From a virus, in the UHGV virus genome UHGV-0446651: DNA of 36,348 bases; one strand, written 5' to 3'. Of this stretch, positions 14,939 to 22,093 are shown piece by piece (position 1 is the first letter of the stretch; every line of letters starts with the position of its first letter). Position numbers and translations under genes: made by a program. Below the pieces are notes generated by a model. That model did not search any database. It was not told the origin of the DNA and worked only from the letters and a program-made list of their open reading frames with translations.

Positions 14939-15756
14939 TGGCGAACAGAAGAATGTTTTCGGCAGATGTTGTATGCACAGATAAGTTTGTTGAAATGCCG
15001 TCATCGACTCAAGCTCTGTACTTACAATTCGGCATGAAAGCTGATGATGACGGCTTTGTATCGTCTCCGAAGCAAATCGTGAGAATGGTTGGAGCAGCGG
15101 AAGATGATTTGAAAATACTGGTCGCAAAAGGGTTTATCATTCCATTTGAAAGTGGCGTTATCGTGATTTCTGACTGGAAAACAAACAATTCGATCAGGAA
15201 AGATAGATACACACAGACAAGATGTTTGGATGAACTGAATAAATTGGAAAATTTGAACGGAAAATACGTTCTTTCGCCCACTTGTCAACCATCTGTCAAC
15301 CAGTTATCAACCACATGTCAACCAAGTGGTAACCATGCGGTTGACGTTCTGGAAACCCAGGTTAGGTTAGGTAAGGATAGTATAGATAAGAGTAGTATAA
15401 ATACTACTTGTCCGGAGCTAGAAGCTCCAGACCGGAAAAAAGTCATCTCACTCTCATTAAATGACAACACAGAGCATTGGATTTACGAAGACAATGTATC
15501 AGAGTGGAGTGAATTATTTCCTGCTGTTGATGTGATGCAGGAACTCAGAAAAATGAAATCTTGGTTAGATAGCAATAAAGAGAGAAGAAAAACAAAGAGA
15601 GGAATCGCAAGATTTATAAATTCCTGGCTATCCAAAGAACAGGATAAGGGAAGAATGCCAGTTAGATCAGAACCGACACATAGAAATAATAACAACTTTG
15701 AGCGCAGAGGATACGACATGGACTCTCTGGAAGAGCAGTTATTGAACTCGAATTAA
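14938..15756 (+). CDS. Phage replisome organizer (N-terminal replisome-organizer domain) with origin iterons inside the gene.
   Basis: MANRRMFSADVVCTDKFVEMPSSTQALYLQFGMKADDDGFVSSPKQIVRMVGAAEDDLKILVAKGFI matches the conserved N-terminus of Gram-positive phage replisome organizers. The internal peptide PTCQPSVNQLSTTCQPSGNH is encoded by the iterons. Confidence 0.8.
   Translation: MANRRMFSADVVCTDKFVEMPSSTQALYLQFGMKADDDGFVSSPKQIVRMVGAAEDDLKILVAKGFIIPFESGVIVISDWKTNNSIRKDRYTQTRCLDELNKLENLNGKYVLSPTCQPSVNQLSTTCQPSGNHAVDVLETQVRLGKDSIDKSSINTTCPELEAPDRKKVISLSLNDNTEHWIYEDNVSEWSELFPAVDVMQELRKMKSWLDSNKERRKTKRGIARFINSWLSKEQDKGRMPVRSEPTHRNNNNFERRGYDMDSLEEQLLNSN
15283..15345. repeat. Origin-of-replication iterons: 5 direct repeats of TGTCAACCA-like 9-mers with exact 11-bp phasing (15283, 15294, 15305, 15316, 15327), plus an inverted GGTTGAC at about 15339-15345.
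   Basis: cttGTCAACCAtctGTCAACCAgttATCAACCAcatGTCAACCAagtGGTAACCAtgcGGTTGACg, read directly inside the replisome organizer gene. Confidence 0.7.
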
Positions 15757-15765
15757 GGGGGAACT

Positions 15766-16350
15766 ATGGAACCGAAGAAAGTAACGATAAATTACGCTTT
15801 GCTCTGCAAGCAATTGGAGAAGCAGGGCAAGACGAAAAAGGGATTCTCTCTAGAAATGGGGAGAAGTGAAAGTTTTGTGAATTACATAGCCAATAATCCA
15901 GATCAACCAGAAGGTGTGGAACGGATCATGTGTTTACTTCTCGGACTTGAACCGGGAAGTCTGGTAAAAGAGCCGGAAAAGAAAGGCATGACCGCAGCAC
16001 AGGCACTTACAGTCATCCGGGATGAGATTTTAGAGAATCGCAGAATCATGCAAGAAAATTTTGAAAAGATCTGGAATAAGATGAACACCAACATCGTCCA
16101 ACTGGAAAAGATCAAGGACAAGGTCAATACGATGTCAAAGACCGATTACGACAAAGCATTAGAGTGGCTGCAAGACAAGATGGAAGGTGGACGCTATGAC
16201 GGGGCGAAGTTGCTCATGGAGTCAGAAGCGGCAGGAATTAAAAGGTCTGACATCATGAAAGCAAAGGCAGAACTTGGAGTAAGAATCCAGACTACAGGGT
16301 ACGGAAAGAATGTGAAAGCATGGTGGAGTTTAAAGGGTGAACAGGCATGA
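15766..16350 (+). CDS. Hypothetical protein (194 aa) with an N-terminal HTH-like segment, downstream of the replisome organizer.
   Basis: RBS AAGGGGGAACT precedes the ATG. No Walker motif, so it is not a DnaC or helicase. Confidence 0.55.
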   Translation: MEPKKVTINYALLCKQLEKQGKTKKGFSLEMGRSESFVNYIANNPDQPEGVERIMCLLLGLEPGSLVKEPEKKGMTAAQALTVIRDEILENRRIMQENFEKIWNKMNTNIVQLEKIKDKVNTMSKTDYDKALEWLQDKMEGGRYDGAKLLMESEAAGIKRSDIMKAKAELGVRIQTTGYGKNVKAWWSLKGEQA

Positions 16351-16457
16351 ACATGAAAAGATACGGGTTTAAGATTTGCAAGAAAAGACACGGAAACATG
16401 GATTTTTACACAAAAGTTAGCTCCAAGCGCAAGAGAAAGAAGAGGGTGAGAGGAAAA
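16347..16457 (+). CDS. Highly basic mini-protein (36 aa; MNMKRYGFKICKKRHGNMDFYTKVSSKRKRKKRVRGK), coupled by ATGA overlaps at both ends.
   Basis: ATGA overlap with the upstream stop and with the downstream start. Very Lys/Arg-rich. Under 60 aa, so absent from the track. Confidence 0.35.
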
Positions 16458-16939
16458 TGAGTAGACCAGTGCACTTTCTGGATCCGTACCAGTTCCAAAT
16501 CGAAGAGATGGTAAAACTCGGATGCACGGATGAGCATATCTGCAGAGTGCTTGAGGATATTACCGGAAAAGAAGTGAAAAAGAGGGTAATAGCAAACAAG
16601 AGGATGTGGTTAAGAAAGATGGAAAATAAAAGAAAACAATACGAACCGTACAAGGGAGAAATTAAGTACATGATCGAATACGGACTTACGATCCAGAACA
16701 TCTATGCAGCAATAAGCGAAGAGAGCGGAATAGATGCGAGCATTGAAACGTTTAAAAACTTCCTGAAGGATAACGATATGATGCCTGAGTCAAAGAAACA
16801 GGAAGCTTCGGTCAAGGATATCTTTGGCAACATTGCAAATTACATGGAGTTTCACGAGGGCTGGGTGCGGACCAGTTGCCGGCTCAACAGGGCGATGTCG
16901 AATCCAAACCGGATATTAATGCGGAGGTATTTACAGTAG
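16457..16939 (+). CDS. Hypothetical protein (160 aa) with two HTH-like segments.
   Basis: RBS GAGGGTGAGAGGAAA precedes the ATG. HTH-like segments QIEEMVKLGCTDEHICRVLEDITGKEV and IEYGLTIQNIYAAISEESGIDASIETF. Confidence 0.5.
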   Translation: MSRPVHFLDPYQFQIEEMVKLGCTDEHICRVLEDITGKEVKKRVIANKRMWLRKMENKRKQYEPYKGEIKYMIEYGLTIQNIYAAISEESGIDASIETFKNFLKDNDMMPESKKQEASVKDIFGNIANYMEFHEGWVRTSCRLNRAMSNPNRILMRRYLQ

Positions 16940-17014
16940 GTTATAAAAAATAAGCGAAAAATAGAAAGGAGCCAGCCTCCGGCCGGGGCAAGGGTATACC
17001 GGGCTTCTGAGAAA

Positions 17015-18376
17015 ATGGAAAATTTGATTATAGATTGCTTCGCCGGAGGAGGTGGAGCGAGCGTAGGTATAGAAATGGCACTTGGAAGACAAGTAGATAT
17101 TGCAATCAATCACGATCCGGATGCAATTTTGATGCACAAGACAAACCACCCGAAAACATTGCATCTCACAGAAGATATCTTCAGGGTAGATTTGAAGAAA
17201 TATGTGAAAGGAAAGCGAGTTGCTTTAATGTGGGCGAGTCCTGATTGTACCAGCCACAGCAAGGCAAAAGGCGGGAAGCCGAGGGAAAAAGGACTTCGGA
17301 TTTTGCCTTGGGCGGTATACAAACACGCAAAAGCAATTCTCCCAGATGTGATTATCATGGAAAACGTGGAAGAGATTCAGCAATGGGGACCGCTGGATGA
17401 AAACGGGCATCCGATTAAGGAACGGCGTGGGGAAGATTATAAGAAGTTCATTACGGCAATGAAGAGTCTCGGGTATATATTCGACTGCCGGGAGCTTATT
17501 GCGGCAGACTATGGCGCGCCTACCACAAGAAAGCGCTGGTATGCAATATTTCGAAGAGACGGAAAAGACATCGTGTGGCCAGAAAAGACGAATTTTAAAT
17601 CCAGAGATCCGAAATGGCAGGAATGCGGGGCATATATCGATTGGTCTGATTTAGGGAAAACGATATTTGATAGACCAAAACCGTTGGCAGATGCAACGAT
17701 GAAAAGGATTGCAAATGGAATCAGAAAATATGTAATAGACAATCCATCTCCCTATATCGTGAGAAATAAAGATGCTGTTGCATTTATGATTCAGTACCAC
17801 GGAGAAACAAAAATTGGAGAATCAAGAGGACAGTTGCTGACAGAACCAATTAAAACAATCGACACATCAAACAGGTACGGCCTGGTGACAGCTTTTGTTA
17901 CAAAATTTTATAAAAGTGGAATCGGACAGGGATGCAACGAACCTTTACACACAATCACAACATCACCTGGACATTTTGGATTGATATCTGCGTTTTTAAT
18001 TAAGTATTACGGAACTGGCGGAGGGCAAGAACTTTCAAATCCGCTTGCAACGATTACTACGAAAGATCGTTTCGGACTGGTAAATGTGATTCTGGATATC
18101 AAAGGCGAAAAGTATGTCCTGAAGGATATTTTTTTGAGAATGTTAAAACCGGAAGAGCTTAAATTAATGCAGGGATTTCCGGAGGATTACATTATTGACA
18201 GGGATTACAAATACAGGAGATATCCGATCGTAAAACAAGTGGCTAGAATCGGAAACAGTGTAGTGCCAATTATGGCGCAGAAACTGGTAGAAGTAAACTG
18301 CCCGTATTTAAAAATCGGGAATAGGGTGCCGAACATAGAAATATATGAGGATGAGCAGCAAATTAGGTTTGCGTAG
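17015..18376 (+). CDS. Orphan DNA (cytosine-5)-methyltransferase, with three tandem ~32-aa repeats in the variable (TRD) region.
   Basis: Motif I DCFAGGGGAS. Motif IV SPDCTSHSKAKGG (a Pro-Cys-like motif with the catalytic Cys). Motif VI IMENVEE. Motif VIII TTRKRWYAIF. Motif IX/X QGFPEDY...IGNSVVP. Repeats: RYGLVTAFVTKFYKSGIGQGCNEPLHTITTS / HFGLISAFLIKYYGTGGGQELSNPLATITTK / RFGLVNVI... No adjacent restriction endonuclease. Confidence 0.8.
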   Translation: MENLIIDCFAGGGGASVGIEMALGRQVDIAINHDPDAILMHKTNHPKTLHLTEDIFRVDLKKYVKGKRVALMWASPDCTSHSKAKGGKPREKGLRILPWAVYKHAKAILPDVIIMENVEEIQQWGPLDENGHPIKERRGEDYKKFITAMKSLGYIFDCRELIAADYGAPTTRKRWYAIFRRDGKDIVWPEKTNFKSRDPKWQECGAYIDWSDLGKTIFDRPKPLADATMKRIANGIRKYVIDNPSPYIVRNKDAVAFMIQYHGETKIGESRGQLLTEPIKTIDTSNRYGLVTAFVTKFYKSGIGQGCNEPLHTITTSPGHFGLISAFLIKYYGTGGGQELSNPLATITTKDRFGLVNVILDIKGEKYVLKDIFLRMLKPEELKLMQGFPEDYIIDRDYKYRRYPIVKQVARIGNSVVPIMAQKLVEVNCPYLKIGNRVPNIEIYEDEQQIRFA

Positions 18377-18391
18377 TAGGAGGAATGACTA

Positions 18392-18808
18392 ATGGCAAAA
18401 ACAGAAGAAACATGGATGGATGGGATCACCACAGAAATGATGGAGCATATATGCGACGACCTGTGCAAGTATCCAGATCAGCTAAGTGGAATGGAACTGG
18501 AAGATAAATGCGCAGAATGCAAGATGGGACGGTTTGTGTGCGATATTTTGAACCAGTATAACAAGTGTGCGAAGTTGCTGGAGCAGATGCATGAGTTGAA
18601 AGAGCGGGATACGGCGAAGAAGCCGAAAAAATACGGAGTGACAGACAGCCAAGGTGTATTCCATCCATTGGTTGGAGTTGATGGAGTACCGTATGACTCA
18701 TGCCCGAATTGTGATAGTAATTTATGTACAACTGGTATGTTCGGAAGAAGCAAAGAAAGAATGAAGTATTGTGAGAAGTGCGGCCAGAGATTAGATTGGA
18801 GTGAGTAA
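18392..18808 (+). CDS. Cys-rich putative zinc-binding protein (138 aa): N-terminal C..C...C.EC cluster and C-terminal zinc ribbon CPNCDS...CEKCGQ.
   Basis: RBS GTAGGAGGAATGACTA precedes the ATG. Multiple CxxC pairs. Confidence 0.55.
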   Translation: MAKTEETWMDGITTEMMEHICDDLCKYPDQLSGMELEDKCAECKMGRFVCDILNQYNKCAKLLEQMHELKERDTAKKPKKYGVTDSQGVFHPLVGVDGVPYDSCPNCDSNLCTTGMFGRSKERMKYCEKCGQRLDWSE

Positions 18809-19019
18809 CATGGAAGAATTGAAGAAATGTCCATTTTGTGGTTCCAACAGAGGGTATTACCAGATTGAAAGAGTACATAGAGCTTTATTGTTTAATTTTG
18901 ACGGTGAACCGATCGGAGGAACAGAAGATGTTACAGATTATGCAGGACGCAGGAAACAGTGTATCGATTGTGGCAAGACACTCCCGAGGAAACTGTTTGA
19001 GGAAGTGATGGAAAAGTAA
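18801..19019 (+). CDS. Zinc-ribbon protein (72 aa): CPFCGS ... CIDCGK.
   Basis: Overlaps the previous gene by 8 nt. Two CxxC pairs. Confidence 0.5.
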   Translation: MSNMEELKKCPFCGSNRGYYQIERVHRALLFNFDGEPIGGTEDVTDYAGRRKQCIDCGKTLPRKLFEEVMEK

Positions 19020-19082
19020 ATTATTTTTCCAAATTTCAGAAGAGCATTTGGAAAAATATTTTGAACTGTTGGAGGTGGAGTG

Positions 19083-19199
19083 ATGAAAAAAGAGTGCATT
19101 AAATGCAAATATTATAAAAACTACTATAAATCAACAGAATGTTATTGCAAAAAAGGTTATTGTGTTATGGATAAGAGAAACAGGAGACGAAATAAATGA
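19083..19199 (+). CDS. Cys-rich mini-protein (38 aa; MKKECIKCKYYKNYYKSTECYCKKGYCVMDKRNRRRNK).
   Basis: RBS GGAGGTGGAG precedes the ATG. ATGA overlap with the next gene. Confidence 0.4.
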   Translation: MKKECIKCKYYKNYYKSTECYCKKGYCVMDKRNRRRNK

Positions 19200-19624
19200 A
19201 TGTACTAGAGAAGATCTTGGAAGAAAAAGAAATTGTAGCGATCAAAGAACTAATAGAAGAAAATGAAAAATGCTTTAATCAATGTGAGGGTGCTTGTTGT
19301 AGCGTGGAAAGCGGTATATGCAATTGTGATGATGGCGTGATAGTGCAAGCAATTCATAAAATGAAGAAGTATTTAGAGTTGGCTAATGACAAAAATGTCC
19401 CTAGTAAAAACGGTTGGATTCCGGTAAGTGAGAAATTGCCGGAAGAATCAGATTATTATATGGCTTGCATCTACAATGATGAAGCAGACGATTATGATTT
19501 CAGAAAAACATGGTTCGCTCACGCAGATGACTATGACATGGATGAATCAGAGTGGCGAGAACTGTATGATTTTGAAAGAGTAATCGCATGGCAGCCACTA
19601 CCAGAACCATACAAGGAGGAATAA
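19196..19624 (+). CDS. Hypothetical protein with an N-terminal Cys cluster (CFNQCEGACCSVESGICNCDDG) and a C-terminal DUF551-like region (GWIPVSEKLPEE...W).
   Basis: The ORF is 142 aa. The DUF551 assignment is from a remembered family signature, not a search. Confidence 0.5.
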   Translation: MNVLEKILEEKEIVAIKELIEENEKCFNQCEGACCSVESGICNCDDGVIVQAIHKMKKYLELANDKNVPSKNGWIPVSEKLPEESDYYMACIYNDEADDYDFRKTWFAHADDYDMDESEWRELYDFERVIAWQPLPEPYKEE

Positions 19625-19625
19625 C

Positions 19626-19838
19626 ATGGACATTTTAATCACAATCGCATCCCTGGCTCTGTACTACATATTGGGGCTAGGAACCGTGATTACTTTAAAG
19701 GCAGGATTGGAAGAAGATGTGGAGTTGGAGTGTGAGGATTATTTAGCAGCGGCATGCTTCCCGATACTGTTGTTTGTGATTTTTTTTAGATTGGATTGTG
19801 CGGAAGATAGTGAGGTAAGAAAATATGAAAAAATTTAA
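19626..19838 (+). CDS. Small membrane protein (70 aa).
   Basis: Two hydrophobic segments (ILITIASLALYYILGLGTVITL; AACFPILLFVIFF). Confidence 0.45.
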   Translation: MDILITIASLALYYILGLGTVITLKAGLEEDVELECEDYLAAACFPILLFVIFFRLDCAEDSEVRKYEKI

Positions 19839-20418
19839 TTGGGATGAATTTAAAAATAAAGACAATAGGATTGCGGTGCATTGTAAGACTGAGGAAGAAG
19901 CAAAAGATTTCTGCAGGCAGATGCACGAACAAGGGATGAAATGGTGCACAGGCAAAAGCTATATGGAAAAGACGAATTATGAAGAGTGCAAAGGAGAAAT
20001 GTGCTATACAGGATCCGGAATGTTCTCATCGTATCGGTACTGCAATAACGAAGGATACGAAATCTTAGAATGGAGTGATTACATGCAGAAAGAATTTACT
20101 AAAGCAGATCTGAAAGATGGGATGGTAGTGAAACATCGAAATGGTGACAAGAAAATGGTGATAAGCGAAGCATTAATCGGAGAAGATGGATATTCGGATC
20201 GAAACTGCTTTCGAGAAGATTTGACATACAGATATTTTAAAGATCTCGATATTGTTGGTGTCTACGCAATCCAAGAATATAACAACTTTGCAGATATGCT
20301 TTCGGACTATAATTTAGAACTCATCTGGGAGCGCAAAGAACCAAAGAAAATGACCGTGGAGGAAATGCGGAAGAAGTTGGAAGAGTTGACTGGGGAGCAG
20401 ATTGAGGTGACGGCATGA
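19825..20418 (+). CDS. Hypothetical protein (197 aa).
   Basis: RBS GAGGTAAGAAAAT precedes the ATG. Overlaps its neighbours. Confidence 0.5.
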   Translation: MKKFNWDEFKNKDNRIAVHCKTEEEAKDFCRQMHEQGMKWCTGKSYMEKTNYEECKGEMCYTGSGMFSSYRYCNNEGYEILEWSDYMQKEFTKADLKDGMVVKHRNGDKKMVISEALIGEDGYSDRNCFREDLTYRYFKDLDIVGVYAIQEYNNFADMLSDYNLELIWERKEPKKMTVEEMRKKLEELTGEQIEVTA

Positions 20419-20690
20419 CCAGAGAAACCATGAAGCGCAGAAGGGAGACAGCAGACACTGTGAGAAAGATAGAAGCACACAAAATGGCAACGAGAAAGCC
20501 CTGCGAGACAGCTTTAAAGCAACAGGAGCATAAAGCCTTTGCCTGTGATTTTAAAGGCGGCGAGAGGACGAATAAGGACGTTGCAGAGCACAAGAAGCAC
20601 ACGGTGGAAGACTTTTTGAAGAAGGTCGGAATAGATACGAAAGGGAGTGTGATGAGTGATGACGGAAGCACGCATAAAGCAAATACATAA
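20415..20690 (+). CDS. Hypothetical basic protein (91 aa).
   Basis: ATGA overlap with the previous gene. Confidence 0.45.
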   Translation: MTRETMKRRRETADTVRKIEAHKMATRKPCETALKQQEHKAFACDFKGGERTNKDVAEHKKHTVEDFLKKVGIDTKGSVMSDDGSTHKANT

Positions 20691-21051
20691 AAATAACATC
20701 AGAATGGAACGGCTAGCTGAATTGTATAAAGCACATAAATATGCGGCAATATCATCCGAAATTAATATGAGCGGTATGCCATCGGGAAAAGGCGGGATAG
20801 ATGACAGCATGAGTGATATTGATGACAGTGTGGATATTGAGACAGAATATCGCGCGCTATACTTCGAAAACGAGTTACTCATCAAAGAAGCAAGAAAATA
20901 CATAAACCAGTTGCCAGACAATATTCTACGCATGGTAATGGAATTGAAATATATAAACGGAATGGATGAATATGAAATTTCCGCAGAAGTTGGAGTGCCG
21001 CATAATCAGTGCTGCAGTATGTTAAAAGTACACTGGAATAATGTGTTCTAA
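20659..21051 (+). CDS. ArpU/RinA-like late transcriptional activator (C-terminal sigma-70 region-4-like HTH).
   Basis: C-terminal LPDNILRMVMELKYINGMDEYEISAEVGVPHNQCCSMLK is sigma r4-like. Last gene before the packaging module. RBS AAGGGAG. Confidence 0.55.
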   Translation: MTEARIKQIHKNNIRMERLAELYKAHKYAAISSEINMSGMPSGKGGIDDSMSDIDDSVDIETEYRALYFENELLIKEARKYINQLPDNILRMVMELKYINGMDEYEISAEVGVPHNQCCSMLKVHWNNVF

Positions 21052-21065
21052 ATGTTCTAAAACTA

Positions 21066-21094
21066 TTGACATATAGTGGCTTGACTGGTATACT
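21066..21094 (+). promoter_or_regulatory. Strong sigma-A-type promoter: TTGACA (21066-21071), 17-nt spacer, TATACT (21089-21094). Drives the non-coding tRNA-like/hairpin/tRNA-Asn region.
   Basis: Hexamers and 17-nt spacing read directly, 15 nt after the ArpU-like stop. Confidence 0.6.
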
Positions 21095-21153
21095 GAAAGA
21101 GTGAAAGAAGATAAAAAGGCACTATCACTTATGTGGTGGTGCTTTTTTCTTGC

Positions 21154-21197
21154 GCCGTGGTCAGTTGGGACAAGTAGGTTCGACTCCTGTACACGGC
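21154..21197 (+). ncRNA. Truncated tRNA-like element: acceptor-stem 5' strand, D-loop remnant (TCAGTTGGGA), canonical T-arm (GTAGG-TTCGACT-CCTGT), acceptor 3' strand (ACACGGC). No anticodon arm.
   Basis: gccgtgg-tcagttgggacaa-gtaggttcgactcctgt-acacggc. Six of seven acceptor pairs form. About 35 nt shorter than a tRNA. Confidence 0.45.
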
Positions 21198-21268
21198 TTT
21201 GTGATGTAAGGTTTGCGGCTTACCAGCTGGGGTTGCTGTGGGAGTGCACACCGGCTTTACATCACAAA
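21198..21268 (+). ncRNA. Long hairpin: 12-bp perfect stem TTTGTGATGTAA / TTACATCACAAA enclosing a ~47-nt GC-rich loop that contains the CCAGCTGG palindrome. Immediately 3' of the tRNA-like element.
   Basis: Inverted repeat read directly. Lies within the same promoter-driven transcript as tRNA-Asn. Confidence 0.45.
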
Positions 21269-21390
21269 TGGTACCAAAACGCAGATATCCGCAGATCTGC
21301 AAAACAAACAAAAATAGATTCAGCAATCTATATTTAGTGTCAGTACCCGAGTGCGGATAGGGTAAAGGATGTCAATAAAAGGCATCCTAC

Positions 21391-21463
21391 GGGTGTATAG
21401 CTCAGTTGGTAGAGCGATCGGCTGTTAACCGATGTGTCGCAGGTTCGAATCCTGCTATACCCG
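21391..21463 (+). tRNA. tRNA-Asn (anticodon GTT), phage-encoded, with no encoded CCA.
   Basis: GGGTGTA/TATACCC acceptor stem with one G.U pair. D-arm TAGCTCAGTTGGTAGAGC. Anticodon stem-loop ATCGG-CTGTTAA-CCGAT. T-arm GCAGG-TTCGAAT-CCTGC. Discriminator G. Confidence 0.85.
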
Positions 21464-21466
21464 TTA

Positions 21467-21573
21467 TGGACTACTGCATGGTTTCCTCCTTTTTTCTTAT
21501 AAATTTTGATTGTGTATTTGGTCATTTTGGTTTTTGTTGGCGTTATTAATTCTTTCAGCAGTAGTCCTAAATT
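21467..21573. repeat. 10-bp inverted repeat GGACTACTGC / GCAGTAGTCC flanking a ~87-bp T-rich segment, directly upstream of terS. Candidate packaging-initiation (pac/cos) or processing region.
   Basis: Inverted repeat read directly. Location between tRNA-Asn and terS. Confidence 0.3.
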
Positions 21574-21625
21574 CTTAGCATCCAGAGTTGGGTGCTTTTA
21601 TTATGCTTAAAAGGTGGTGAGTCTG

Positions 21626-22093
21626 ATGGCAAAAGGTAAATATCAAGAGTGGCTAGAGCCGGAAGGCTTGCTGAAGATAGAGGGATGGGCGAGAGATGGT
21701 CTGACGGATGAGCAGATTGCAGATAATATCGGGATTTCCAGAAGCACATTAAATAGCTGGAAAGACAAGTATTCGGACATTTCGGACACCCTAAAAAGAG
21801 GAAAAGAGGTCGTTGATCGTCAAGTCGAGAATGCTTTGCTAAAACGTGCGCTTGGATATGAGTACACGGAAACGACCAGAGAATATATACCGGAACTCGA
21901 TGAAATGAAAACTACGAAAAAGGTCACAAAGCAAGTAGCGCCGGACACTACAGCCCAGATCTTCTGGTTGAAGAACCGGAAACCGGACAAGTGGAGAGAT
22001 AAGCAAGAATACGAAGATAGGACAGCGATTGAGAAGCTGGATGAAATCTTGAAAGGATTGCATGACAATGCAGCTAAGCAAAAAACAGAATGA
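21626..22093 (+). CDS. terS: Terminase small subunit.
   Basis: N-terminal HTH GLTDEQIADNIGISRSTLNSWK. ATG at 21626 with RBS AAGGTGGTGA. Immediately upstream of, and overlapping, terL. Confidence 0.7.
   Translation: MAKGKYQEWLEPEGLLKIEGWARDGLTDEQIADNIGISRSTLNSWKDKYSDISDTLKRGKEVVDRQVENALLKRALGYEYTETTREYIPELDEMKTTKKVTKQVAPDTTAQIFWLKNRKPDKWRDKQEYEDRTAIEKLDEILKGLHDNAAKQKTE

Noticed and set aside
21154-21268. tmRNA, or a complete second tRNA.
   Set aside because: No tmRNA 5'/3' consensus (GGGG...UUCGAC / ...CCACCA). No D-stem and no anticodon arm can be drawn. Only an acceptor-like stem plus T-arm remain.
21101-21337. 78-aa plus-strand ORF covering the tRNA-like element and the long hairpin.
   Set aside because: Starts with GTG directly at the predicted transcription start with no RBS. 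Spans strong RNA secondary structure and a tRNA-like T-arm. The interval is better explained as non-coding RNA.
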